Positions 52,901-64,000 of a stretch of DNA of 64,000 bases are shown here, in pieces. Position 1 is the stretch's first letter. Each line of letters starts with the position of its first letter. The position numbers were made by a program, and so were the translations under genes. This DNA is from the human T2T-CHM13v2.0 reference genome, Homo sapiens, in NCBI RefSeq assembly GCF_009914755.1, contig NC_060927.1; one strand, written 5' to 3'. The notes below the pieces were generated by a model, which worked only from the letters and a program-made list of their open reading frames with translations, was not told the DNA's origin and did not search any database.

Positions 52901-53439
52901 ATGGAGAAAATTGACATTCTACCTTATTGGTCATCATAAAAAATGAAGAGAAAAAAGATGTTGCTATTACAGAATGATTTGATCAATTGTATTGATGGGC
53001 CGAGATAAAAGTGCTGAGAACTGTACCTCAGGTTGGCACAGCTCACTGAAAGCAAATTTGCTGTGAGTGATGATAATTTGTACTGAAAGAAATTAGTGCC
53101 AATTTGATTAGGAATTGCCCTTCTGTTCAGATTTCAGTCGCTAATATATCCTGTCATGGTTACAGCTTTATCTAGGACAGAGGAGTAAAAAAAAAATGGT
53201 CCAGAGAGGAAAAAGAATGATTCAGGGACATTCTCCTCCTTTGATTTGTAATTTTTTAGGGCCAAGACAGGAGCACAAAAGAGATGATATAATCATACTT
53301 TACATTTCATGAAAAACTATGCATTTTCCCCACCTGAAGGCATTATGATAATTTATCTTAAGCTTGAATGATGCATGAAATGAAAGTGTTTCTAGCTCCT
53401 GTTTCCCCTTCATTTTATGAGTGAGAATAATAGATCTTT

Positions 53440-53789
53440 GTCAACAATGGACTACATACAGTGTTCCCATAAGAACACTGAACTGAAAAATTCCTATCAC
53501 CTAGTGACATGGTAGCCATCCTAATATTGTAGCACAACACATTACCTTTTCTGTTTAGATAAACAAATACTGATCATTGTGTTACAGTTGCCTACAGTAT
53601 TCACTACAGTACCATGTTGTACAGGTTTGTGGTCTAGGAGAAATAGGCCACGCCATATAGCCTAGGTGGGTAGGTGAGCTATTCCATCTACGTTTGTGTA
53701 AATGAACAGTGTGATGTTCACACAATGACAAAATTGCCCAGTGACACATTTCTCAAAATGTATTCCTGTCACAAAGCAATGCATGACTG
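53440..53789 (+). mobile_element. Tigger3/MER7-type element, left end missing
   Basis: 'ctgaaaaattcctatcacctagtgac', 'ttacagttgcctacagtattca', TIR 'gcatgactg' followed by TA. Confidence 0.85.
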
Positions 53790-53879
53790 TATTTGTTCAT
53801 CTACTTATTATATCTCAGCATGTAAGCTCTGTGAGGTCAACCATTTTGCCCTGGATCTAAATAATGCTTGACACATATT

Positions 53880-54085
53880 ACTAATAAAAACTAACACTAA
53901 AGAGTTCTTACCACATATTCATTCCTTTACTGGATTTCCTATTAAATAGATAATCCTAGCTTCTCCATTTCAGATATGAAAACTCTGAAGCACAGCAAGT
54001 TTAAGTAATTTGTCCAAAGTCACACAACCAGGAAATGATAGTGCTGAAATGTGAACCCAGACTGTGGCTTAACCACTATGTTGTA
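53880..54085 (-). mobile_element. MIR
   Basis: 'ccatttcagatatgaaa..gttaagtaatttgtccaaagtcacaca..tgaacccag'. Confidence 0.75.
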
Positions 54086-54142
54086 GACCCCTAAGATACA
54101 CACATGAATTAATAAGTGGATTAGTCAAAGAATGTTGTTATT

Positions 54143-56551
54143 TGATATAGTTTGGGTCTCTGACCTTACCCAAACTCATGTCAAATTGTAATCCCCAGTG
54201 GTGGAAGAGAAGCCTGGTGGGAGTTGATTGGATCATGGGGGCAGATTTCCCCCTTGCTGTTCTTGTGATAGTGAGTGAATTCTCATGAGATCTGGTTGTT
54301 TATAAAAGTGTGTAGCACTTCCCTCTTCTCTTTCTCTTCCTCCTACTTCAGCCATGTAAGACATGACTCCTTCCTCTTTGCCTTTCACTGTGATTGTAAG
54401 TTTCCTGAGGCCTCCCGGGCCATGCTTCCTTTACAGCCTGTGGAACCATCAGCCAATTAAACCTCTTTTCTTTATAAATTACCAGGACTAATGTGGTTCT
54501 TTATAGCAATGCAAGAACAGACTAATAAAGAAAATTGGTACCTAAGAGTAGGGCATTACTATAAAGATACCTGAAAATGTGAAAGTGGCTTTGGAACTGG
54601 GCAGAGGTTGGAACAGTTTGGAGGGCTGAGAAGAAGACAGAAATTTGAGGAAATGTTTGGAACTTCCTAAAGACTTGTTGAATGGTTGTGAGCAAAATGC
54701 TGACAGTGATATGAACAGTGAAGTCCAGGCTGAGAATGTCTCAGATGGAGATAAGGAATTTATTGGGAACTAGAACAAAGGTCACTTTTGCTATGTGATA
54801 GCAAAGAAGTTAAGTTGTGCCTCTGCCCTAGAGATCTGTGGAACTTTAAACTTGGGAATGATGATTTAAGGTACTTAGCGGAAGAAATTTCTTACCAGCA
54901 AAACATTCAAGATGTGGCCTGGCTGCTTCAACCAGATCACCTCTATGCTTAAGCAAAGATTACCTCTATGCCTAAGCAAAGGGGTGATCTGAAACTGGAA
55001 CTTATACTTAAAAGGGAAGCAAAATGTAAAAGTTTGGAAAATTTGCATCCTGGCCATGTGGTATAAAAGAAAAACCGATTTTCAGGGCAGGAATTCAAGC
55101 TGGCTGCAGAAATTTGCATACACAAAGAGGAGCCAAATATTAATAGCCAAGACAATGGGGAAAATGCCTCAAAGGCATTTTGGAGACCTTTGCAGTACCC
55201 CTCCCATCACAGGTCTGGAGGCCTAGGAGGGAAGAATGGTTCCTTGGGCCAGGCCCAGGGCCCTGATGCCTTGTGCTATCTCAGGACACTGCTCCCTGTA
55301 TCCCAGCCACTCCAGCTTCAGCCATGGCTCAAAGGACCTAAGATATGTCTCAGGCCACTGCTCTAGAGGGTGCAAGCCATAAGCCTTGTCAGCATTCATG
55401 TGATGTTAAGCTTGCAGGTGTGCAGAGGGCAGGTGTTGAGGCTTAGGAGCCTCCACCTAGATTTCAAAGAATGCATGCAAACTCCTGCATGTCCTGGCAG
55501 AAGCCTGCTCTATGTGTGGAGGCCTGATGGAAAACCTCTATGACAGCAGTGTGGAAGGGAAATATGGGATTAGAACCTTCATACAGAGTCCCCACTGGGG
55601 CACTGCCAAGTGGAGCTGTGAGAAGATATCTACTGCCCTCCAGACCCCAGAATACCAGATCCTCTGATGGCTTGCACTGTGTGCCTGGAAAAGCTTCAAG
55701 GACTGACTGTCAGCCAATGAAAACAGCTGAGAGGGCTGTGACCTGCAAAGCCACAGGAGAAGAGCTGTCCAAGGCCTTGGGAGCCCACCCATTGCATCAG
55801 TTTAAATGTGAGAGATGGAGTCAAAGGGTATTATTTTGGAGCTTTAAGATTTAATGATTGCCTTGCTGGGTTATGGACTTGCATGGGGCCTGTAGCCCCT
55901 TTGTTTTGACGGATTTCTCCCTTTTGTAATGAGTGCATTTACCCCACTCCCATATACCCATTATATCTTAAAAGTAACTAACTTGTTTTTGATGGTATAG
56001 GCTCATAAACAGAAGGAACTAGCTTTGTCTTAGATGAGACTTTGGACTTTGGATTTTTGAGTTAATGCTGGGATGGATTATGATTTTGGGAGACTGTTGA
56101 GAATGCATGATTGTATTTTGAAATATGAGAAGAACATGAGATTTGGGAGGAGATAGTGGCAAAACTGTATGATTTGGGTCTGTGTCCTCACCCAAATCTT
56201 ATGTTGAATTGTAATCCCTAATGTTGGAAGAGGGGCATGGTGGGAGGTGATTGGATCATGGGGGCGGATTTCCTTCTTGCTGTTCTTATAATAGTAAGTG
56301 AGTTCTTATAAGATCTGGTTGTTTATACAAGCGTGTAGCACTTCCCTCTTCTCTCTCTCTTCCTCCTGCTCTGGCCATGTAAGACGTGACTCCTTCCTCT
56401 TCACCTTCCACTATGATTGTAAGTATCCTGAAGCCTCCTCAGCCATGCTTCCTGTACAGCTTATGGAATCATCAGCCAAATAAACCTCTTTTCTTTGTAA
56501 ATTACCCAGTCTCAGGTAGTTCTTTATAGCAATGTAAGAATAGACTAGGCA
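54143..56551 (+). mobile_element. Complete MSTA MaLR element: 5' LTR 54143-54529, internal region, 3' LTR 56166-56551
   Basis: Two homologous ~386-bp LTRs; internal start 'gaaaattggtacc'; MST/THE1-int motifs; perfect TSD TTATT. Confidence 0.95.
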
Positions 56552-58579
56552 TTATTAGTTAAGACTTAAGTAGTAAACAAACAGACTTTATTGAAAAACA
56601 TTTCTGACTACAGTCTTCTCTTGGAGTTTTGAACCATTCATGCATGGACTTTGCCAAAAATACTATTAATTAATTTGAAATCTGAAAATAGATGGGAGTT
56701 TACTCAGATCTTTTGTTTACAATTATCCTAAACTACCTGATCAAGAAACTTTGTAAATATTGTTGTTTGGGGTTGTTTTCCCTTTATAGACTAATCTTTT
56801 GTAAAATGAAAACTGCTATTAGCCAATTTGCTAATTAGGGTCATGTTTAGTGGAACAACAAAACATCCACTTGATCATTTATTATTTCCCATAATAAGAG
56901 TTCAAGCACTTGAATTTCAAAACCAGGCAAATTAGCAGCTAGGTCTCAGTCAGCATTCTATTCCCAGTTAGGGTGGAAGTTAAGAGTTTCTATTAAGTTA
57001 CTAGGCTTTTCTTTAGCTGAAATAATGAGTTTACAATAATATTACAATCAGCACCCAATGACTTGATAATGAGTTCTTCTGTTTGCCTGGAATTCATAGC
57101 TTAGTAATAGCAGGTATATGATATATGTGTAACTATACAGAGGTTTAAAATTAAAAATGCCTTGTTGTAAGTATTTATAAAAAAAAAAAAGACCATTAAG
57201 CTCTCCTCTAACAATATACAGTTTTTAAACATACTCACTTTTCTATCTATAACCTATGATTCAAGATGAATGTAAGATTTTAAGTGAAACTCATTTAGGA
57301 AAGTTGCTTGTTTTGTTGCTCTCCCGGAGCCCCCAGAAGCTGGTGTCTGTAGGGTGGACTTTTCTAGGCTTCAAATCTGATCTGTTCTGCAACGCTAAAC
57401 AAGATGAAAAATGTGCTGCAAAATCTTTGAGAGTCAAGAATACCTGGAGTTTTATTTATTCAATTTATAGCACCAACTCAAAAGAGAGCCTGAAGGACTG
57501 GAGTAATAAAAAACATTTATTTTTAATAAAAATATAGAATATGCCAATTCCTTTCACCATAATTCTTACCCTATCTATTATCTTAATAGTAAGGGTTACT
57601 AATGTTGATGTTTTGCTATTTGGAATGTACACACCCTGATATATTAGAAAAGTAAAAATAATGATTTAACATTTAATATGGGATTATTTATTTATTTTAT
57701 AACAATATACTCCAAGTCTCTAGATAAAGGGAAATGGGTGCATTTATTTTCATTCTGAATAAATTGTATGGACTCAATTTGTATGACATGTCACCAGTAA
57801 CAATACGATATGTTTCAAGCTACATTCAAGACAGGAAAGCAGTTTGCCAAGTTGTAAGCACACTGTTTTCACCCAAACCAATTATTCAATGTAATATTTA
57901 ATAAAAAGGCTGAATAGCATGTGGTTCAGTGCTTGACAATTCATAGTATCCAAATACGTCTTCTGAATTGAATTGAATTGAATTGGCTGAAAACCTCACA
58001 TATAGAGAGACTTTTTTGAATGATGTTAATTTATTGTCTCAGAAGGAAAGAACATTTAATCTCAGGCAAACTTCCTCTAGTAAATTCTTCTTTTGATTTA
58101 TACAAAGGACATCTATTACAGTAGTATAAACTCTCCAAGGGAAAAAAAAAAGGAAGAGAAAAATATGAAAGAGTAAACAGTGAATCATTTAAAAATCTTT
58201 TTTTGTGTTTTGCCTTGCTTTGTTTTTTGTATTAAACACAGCACTTAGTTAATTTAAAATAGTGCTTAGTGTAAATTATTCCTGAGCTGATCCAAGGCTT
58301 AATGAATAGGTGATTGCTTAGCTGCAGGGCTTCAGAAATCCAAATTGCCTTCTTGAAACAAAGCCACACCCTCTTATTCTGATCCCAGTAAAATATGTCA
58401 TAAAGGTGGTAGCTGTGGATTCAGAACTCTCATTTTCAGTATTAAAAACCTAGACCAGAAACCCATAAGCTTCCAATTATTATCTTAGTACAAATAGAGA
58501 ATACACTCCCTGAAACCTCTTCTGTAAGAAATTATTAAACTTTTCTGTTTTCATGCTACTCATGATTTTGTTTGCCCAC

Positions 58580-58690
58580 AGTAATTTAATAGTTAACATT
58601 TTTTAGCATTTACTACATGCTAGATGCTGTTCTAAGAAACATATATTAGCTTTAATCCTATAAAAACCTTATGAGAACATTTAATACTAC
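58580..58690 (-). mobile_element. MIR fragment
   Basis: 'tagttaacatttt..gcatttactacatgctagatgctgttctaag..tttaatccta'. Confidence 0.65.
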
Positions 58691-59200
58691 AAGCTAACTT
58701 CCAAAAAGGAGGAATTAGAAAAAAATCACTGGCTCCTATTCAGAGTTGGGTATCCTTCCATGGAACACCTCTGACTCCCTGACTCCATACATTCCTCCTT
58801 GGGTATTGTTAACATACTCCTGATGCCCACACATTTGTTCTTTCCTGACCACAAGTATAAGCATAGCTGCCTTGTCTGGAGATGCAGCATCTCACAGAGG
58901 TATCAACACTATGTCTTACAAAGCAAGTAAACTCTACAATAGGACCTGAGGGTTGTGTATACAGGTAGAAAAAGAAAGAGAGAGAACTCTTCCACTTTAC
59001 AATAATGTGGCACCACATGGACTATATCCTCATCTAATCTCAATGCTAGATGTCCAGCTCCCTTTCAACCTGTATCACATCTAAATCCTTTCCTCCTTTA
59101 CCCGGTAAATCCCAGACCAACTTCTTCCTGTCTCTGGCCTCAGCCAAAGCTGTTCCCACTATGATCTGACCACTATTTTCCCTGCTAAGAAAGAAGTCAG

Positions 59201-59471
59201 GGCCAGATGCGCTGGCTCATGAATGTTATCCCAGTACTTTGGGAGGCCAAGGCAGAATAAACACTTGAGGCCAGAAGTTTATGACCAGCCTAGGCAACAT
59301 AGTAAGACCCTGTCTCTACAAAAGATAGAAAAAATCAGCTGGGCTGGTTGCACCAGCCTGTAGATGGAGCTACTCAGGAGGCTGAGGCAGAAGAATTGCT
59401 TGAGCCCAGTGGGTCAAGCCCACAGTGAGCTAAGATCATGCCACTGCACTCCAGCCTGGGCAACAGGGTGA
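59201..59471 (+). mobile_element. AluJ inserted in the MAP7 retrocopy
   Basis: J-type 'gaggccagaagtt..ggcaacatagtaagaccctgtctctacaaaa'; TSD aaagaagtcag at 59190-59200 and 59882-59892. Confidence 0.92.
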
Positions 59472-59545
59472 GGAAGGAAAGAAGGAAAGAAAAAGAAAGA
59501 GAGGGTGGTGGGGGGCAGAGAGAGAGAGAAAGAGAAGAAAGAAAA

Positions 59546-59632
<87 letters not shown>

Positions 59633-59656
59633 AGAAAGAAGAAAGAAAGAAAGAAA

Positions 59657-59704
<48 letters not shown>

Positions 59705-59881
59705 AGAGGAAAGGAAGAGAAAGAGGGACGGAAGGGAAGAGAATGAAAAGGAAGGGAAGGAAGGGAAGGAAAATGATGGGAAGGAAAAGAGGGAGGGAAG
59801 GAAGGGAGGGAGGAAGGGAGGAAAGAAGGAAGGGAGGGAGGGAAGGAAAAAGGAAAGAAGGAAGGAAAAGAAAGGAAAAGA
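59472..59881. repeat. Compound (GAAA)n/(GGAA)n polypurine microsatellite derived from the Alu tail, ~410 bp
   Basis: Direct observation; lies between the Alu body and the second TSD. Confidence 0.95.
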
Positions 59882-60704
59882 AAAGAAGTCAGAACGTTGC
59901 CTGAGAGAGACAACCCAAAGAAAGAAATTAAGAAAGTTGCTAGTGAGCCTTTCTAAAGGACAGACCAGCTTTGGTAAAAGAAGCCGCAGTTGAAGATGAG
60001 TCACCTGTCAAGCCAGAGGCCCCTCCTGCTGCTCCAGCATTGGCCCCAGCTGGGTCATCCAGCATGACTGCCCCTGCTTCCACTATGCCCTATGCAGGAG
60101 CCCGCTAAAAGGACACAGGCTGTTAGCAAGAACATAGCAGCCAAGAAGGAGAAAAGAGAGAGGAGAAAGAGGGACAAATTCAACAGACAAAAGAGAAAAA
60201 TTGGCTCAAAAGGTGGCTGAAGAGAGGACTCACAGTGAGGAAAACTGCTGATGGTTAGGAGCTGGACAAGTCAGAAGGAAGAGCAACTGTAAGGGTGAGC
60301 AGAAGAGAGAATGAAGGTGGTGGGAGGAGATGAAATGCATTCAGCAATAGAAAGAAGCTAATGTTCCTAAAGAAGAGAAAGTCCCACAGGATGAAAGAAG
60401 CATTTCCCAGGACAAGAGCAGGAATGCTGTAGACAAAGAAGTGACTTCAGCAGATTATGAAAGAACCAGGAGCATGGAAGCTACAGGTAGGAAAACTTTG
60501 ACCCAAGAAATGGGGATATCAGTGTCTATACTTCCATATGAGGCACACTGCCCAGGAAACGGAGTCCTTGCAACTGGCTCCTCTGTCGGAGCTCAGATTA
60601 ATCGGGAGTGACGATGGAAAACCCTGCCCATGTGGAAAAACAACCAAGTGAAGAGACAGTCTATTCTGAATGAAAAGTTTAGAGAAATTATAAACTCACC
60701 CATT

Positions 60705-60805
60705 GCTTGAGCCCAGGAAGTCAAGGCTATAGTGAGCCGAGATCACACCACTGCACTCCAGCCTGGATGACAAAGTGAGACTCTGTTTCAAAAAAAAAAA
60801 AAAAA
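60705..60805 (+). mobile_element. 5'-truncated AluJ right-arm fragment with poly(A)
   Basis: 'gcttgagcccaggaagtcaaggctatagtgagc..actgcactccagcctgg' plus A16. Confidence 0.9.
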
Positions 60806-61287
60806 TAACTCTTCTAAAATCTGAGTGGGGAATGATGGGCATAGATGTAATAAAGGGCATGCCAAAGTCCTCAGTTTTCTCTTCAGGTTGAAAGGCAAGA
60901 CCATCTGCTAAGGAAGGGGTGGATGAGAGTCAAGAAAGCCAGAAAATGTTGGGAATAATTGCTGACAGAAACAAGATAGAAGATGGCAAAAGACAAGTAA
61001 AACAATGACGAGTAGTATAAAGTTTTAGTGAATATTGTTGGATAAAATAAGTCCATAATTGACATATATATGGACCCTGTGTTATTAGATATTAGGTAGT
61101 AGGTAGTATATTTGGTAATACTTAATAGAATATTTACAAAGACACTGACTTTGATTTAATACACATAGACTAGTAGTTTACCTCTTTGAAGTGATATGTC
61201 AATAGGACCCTTTAACTAAAATGCTTTTCTGGCTATCTGAAATTCCTCTACGAAAAATTCACTCATTTGACTATGAAAACTTTTCAA

Positions 61288-61609
<322 letters not shown>

Positions 61610-61990
61610 CTAAAATCCTCCAACACTCTGAGCATTATTAGCTGAGGACAAAGCCACAGAGTAATGTAAACCTATTTTTTAAATGGACGGTTACTTCCTA
61701 GGGACAGAGACCACAGAAACTTTGAAACAGTACTTGGAGTTGTAGACCCTGAAAATGAGCAAATTAAACCTACATTGATTTTTAAATTTTTACTGCTGTA
61801 AAAATCTGACTATTCATCTCAAGAACTTCTTGATAAATAGTTACCACCCTGGAAATGTTTCTTTGCACAAAAGATCAAAATTACTTTTCCCCAGAGTTCC
61901 CTTTACAATCCAACTCTATTGAAGTCACGGTTATATTTATCCTTGGGTTTCTTCCATCACATAAAAGCTGCTAAATGCCATCTATTTGCA

Positions 61991-62028
61991 TGTGTGTGTG
62001 TGTGTGTGTCTGTGTGTATGTGTGTGTG
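61991..62028. repeat. (TG)n microsatellite, imperfect
   Basis: Direct observation. Confidence 0.9.
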
Positions 62029-64000
62029 TTTTCCTTACTGAAGTTACAATGCAAGAAGCATTGATTTTGCTGAATGAAAAGGTGCCGTGCTCTCAACAGA
62101 AATGATAACTTGCCATTTATTATGAAATTTGACCTTGGTGGCACAGCAATGAAACTACTGAAGGGGATCAATATGATATCTTGGGGAAAAATACCATTTA
62201 AAGTTAAGGTTGATGAAGGTCATTCTGTCTTATAATTCTCTCCTGTACCATTTACAGTCAGCAGTGAAAACATGAGAAAGAAAAAAGACGAATATTACTT
62301 TTTTTCTATGAAAAACTTTGACCTTGGAGGAGACCTATTAGTTCAGTAGAACACAACAATGACTCTTCATAGTGGGTGGAGAACAAAAGTGTTTTGCATA
62401 ATTAAATTGGGGTAGATCCCAGAAAGAAAGCATAAGAGATTTAAGGATGAGGCCAAGTACTTGGGCAGAAAGCAAAGCAAAGCTGATGTATCACACTGCA
62501 TTCATGCAGAGCAAAGACATGAGAACATCATGGAGGATGAGATAAAAGTCAAAAGGAGTGAACTGAAAGTTGAAAACTGGACTTGTTTAATGGTCAAAAA
62601 ATTTTATTTGTCTAGTCAACATTTTGAGATAACAAAACGTCACAGACAAACTGTCTTATTACTTTCCTAAATACTATTTTACCATGCACTAACACCACAA
62701 TATGATTTTTTTAAGCTGATAAAATGCATACGTATTTATCCTTAGTGTTAAATGTAAAAATGTGAATTAAGTCTGATATCACAGGCTTGGTAGTTGTGAG
62801 GTTAAAAAAGAATTAGCTTTTAAAATAAAACAATAACTTGTGTTTTCTTGATCTAATTTCTCTGAGGGTTGGAACTTCATTTTACTTCACAGTTAAATTA
62901 GGTAATAACTAAAGTCTCCTCTTTTACCAAGTTGTGAATTTCATATGAAAACACTGCCTGGAATCTCTCAGTGAATAGTTCTACTCTCCATGCCTAAATT
63001 AAGTATTTGAAGTGCACCAATGTTTTAAGATCACAATTGTATTTAACGTATATAACTTCAATGTGGCAAGTGGTACCCTGGGGTTTCCCCATTTGTCTGT
63101 AACACATGCATTCATATCAAAATATGTACAAAAAGGACAAAGTAAAATCATCACATAACTATTTATTCAGGAGAACTTAATTCATTTTTTGAAGTGAAAA
63201 TGAAGTCTTATGCTGATAAAGGGGGAAAAGCATTAAGTCAATATTTGAAGAGGGAGGGTGAATACCAACTGCCAATTTGCTAATCAGCTCTCATCAATGT
63301 CCAAGATGACTGTCTTTCATTGAGAATGCATTTCAGCCTCTGTTTATTAAATTTCAGATGGTTTACTGCAACTGCCAACAAGAGAACTAATTGATGCCAA
63401 TTACAGGGTCTTTCTCAGAGGAATTGGAATGAGTCCACACGATCATTTCACACACATGACTCATCTTCCCTCAATGTAATAATGATGATTAGCCACCTTG
63501 ATACCATTATAGATAAAAATACAATCTCTGAATTGTCTTATAAGATATTTGATCTGAAGTTAAATCGAGATAATTTACTACTGGCATTGATAGAGCAAAT
63601 TTCCCAGAATTTGGATTTAATGTTAGCTTTCTCAGTATTACCATCTCTGTAGGAATGCAATATCCAGTTTCATAAGAAATAGGAATATATTTTTAAAATA
63701 TTGTGGAAATGCTACTCTTGAAAAGCCTTTTTTTAGAAAATGCAAAAATAACACAAGCTGTGCTACTATAACACACATGTCTGACTTAACAACACAAAAA
63801 AGCATGTTAATCTAATTCTGAATGACAATTGCTATTTATGCTGTTGCTTTTTCTAATGTAAACAACTGATCACTTCTCCAGAAGTCAATGTCCTGCCTCC
63901 CTAAAGCCCACTGAAATCCTCTCTTCTATTTAAAAGCTATTATACAACTCCACAGCATCATATTTTATTTATTCTTATAGGTAAGGAAGTGGGACAGGCA

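Larger units (their letters stand above)
58720..60704 (+). pseudogene. MAP7: Processed pseudogene of MAP7 (ensconsin/E-MAP-115), partial and heavily decayed, interrupted by an AluJ
   Basis: Collinear intronless peptides versus recalled MAP7: IVNILLMPTH (VVNRLLTPTH), IAALSGDAAS..MSYKA (TAALSGEAAS..MPYKA), PAKKEV|..PERDNPKKEIKKVASEP (PVKREV..PEKKDPEKEPQKVANEP), PAAPALAPA, LAQKVAEERT, IMK..NGDI, EKQP..NEKFREIINSPI (EKQP..NENFEEIINLPI); many frameshifts and stops. Confidence 0.9.

Noticed and set aside
59374-60004. Long ORFs (102-196 aa) of FLSF/KKER repeats
   Set aside because: Translations of the (GAAA)n Alu tail, not genes

Overview
Primate, probably human, non-coding genomic DNA. It is AT-rich and CpG-depleted, and contains Alu, L1PA/L1MA, THE1/MST/MLT, MIR, L2 and MER repeats. 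There is no intact protein-coding gene, RNA gene or CRISPR array. Almost all of the supplied ORFs are spurious readings of repeats or microsatellites. Roughly half of the window is a nested fossil record of transposable elements: a near-full-length L1MA carrying an LTR15-like solo LTR, a 3'-truncated L1PA, two complete two-LTR MaLR elements with intact TSDs, and many solo LTRs, SINEs and DNA transposons. Four features go beyond ordinary repeat content. (1) An old, Alu-interrupted MAP7 (ensconsin) processed pseudogene at ~58.7-60.7 kb. (2) A decayed class III (ERVL-like) gag-pro-RT remnant at ~25.9-27.2 kb. (3) Inside that remnant, a perfect 52-bp-arm hairpin whose origin as a templated insertion can be reconstructed from the fossil RT reading frame; it is a candidate de novo miRNA-like hairpin or cruciform. 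(4) A ~150-bp inverted duplication (~94% identical) flanking 526 bp at 35.1-35.9 kb. I see no evidence for a novel multi-gene system. Subfamily names and reference protein motifs come from recalled consensus sequences, not database searches, and many boundaries are approximate.
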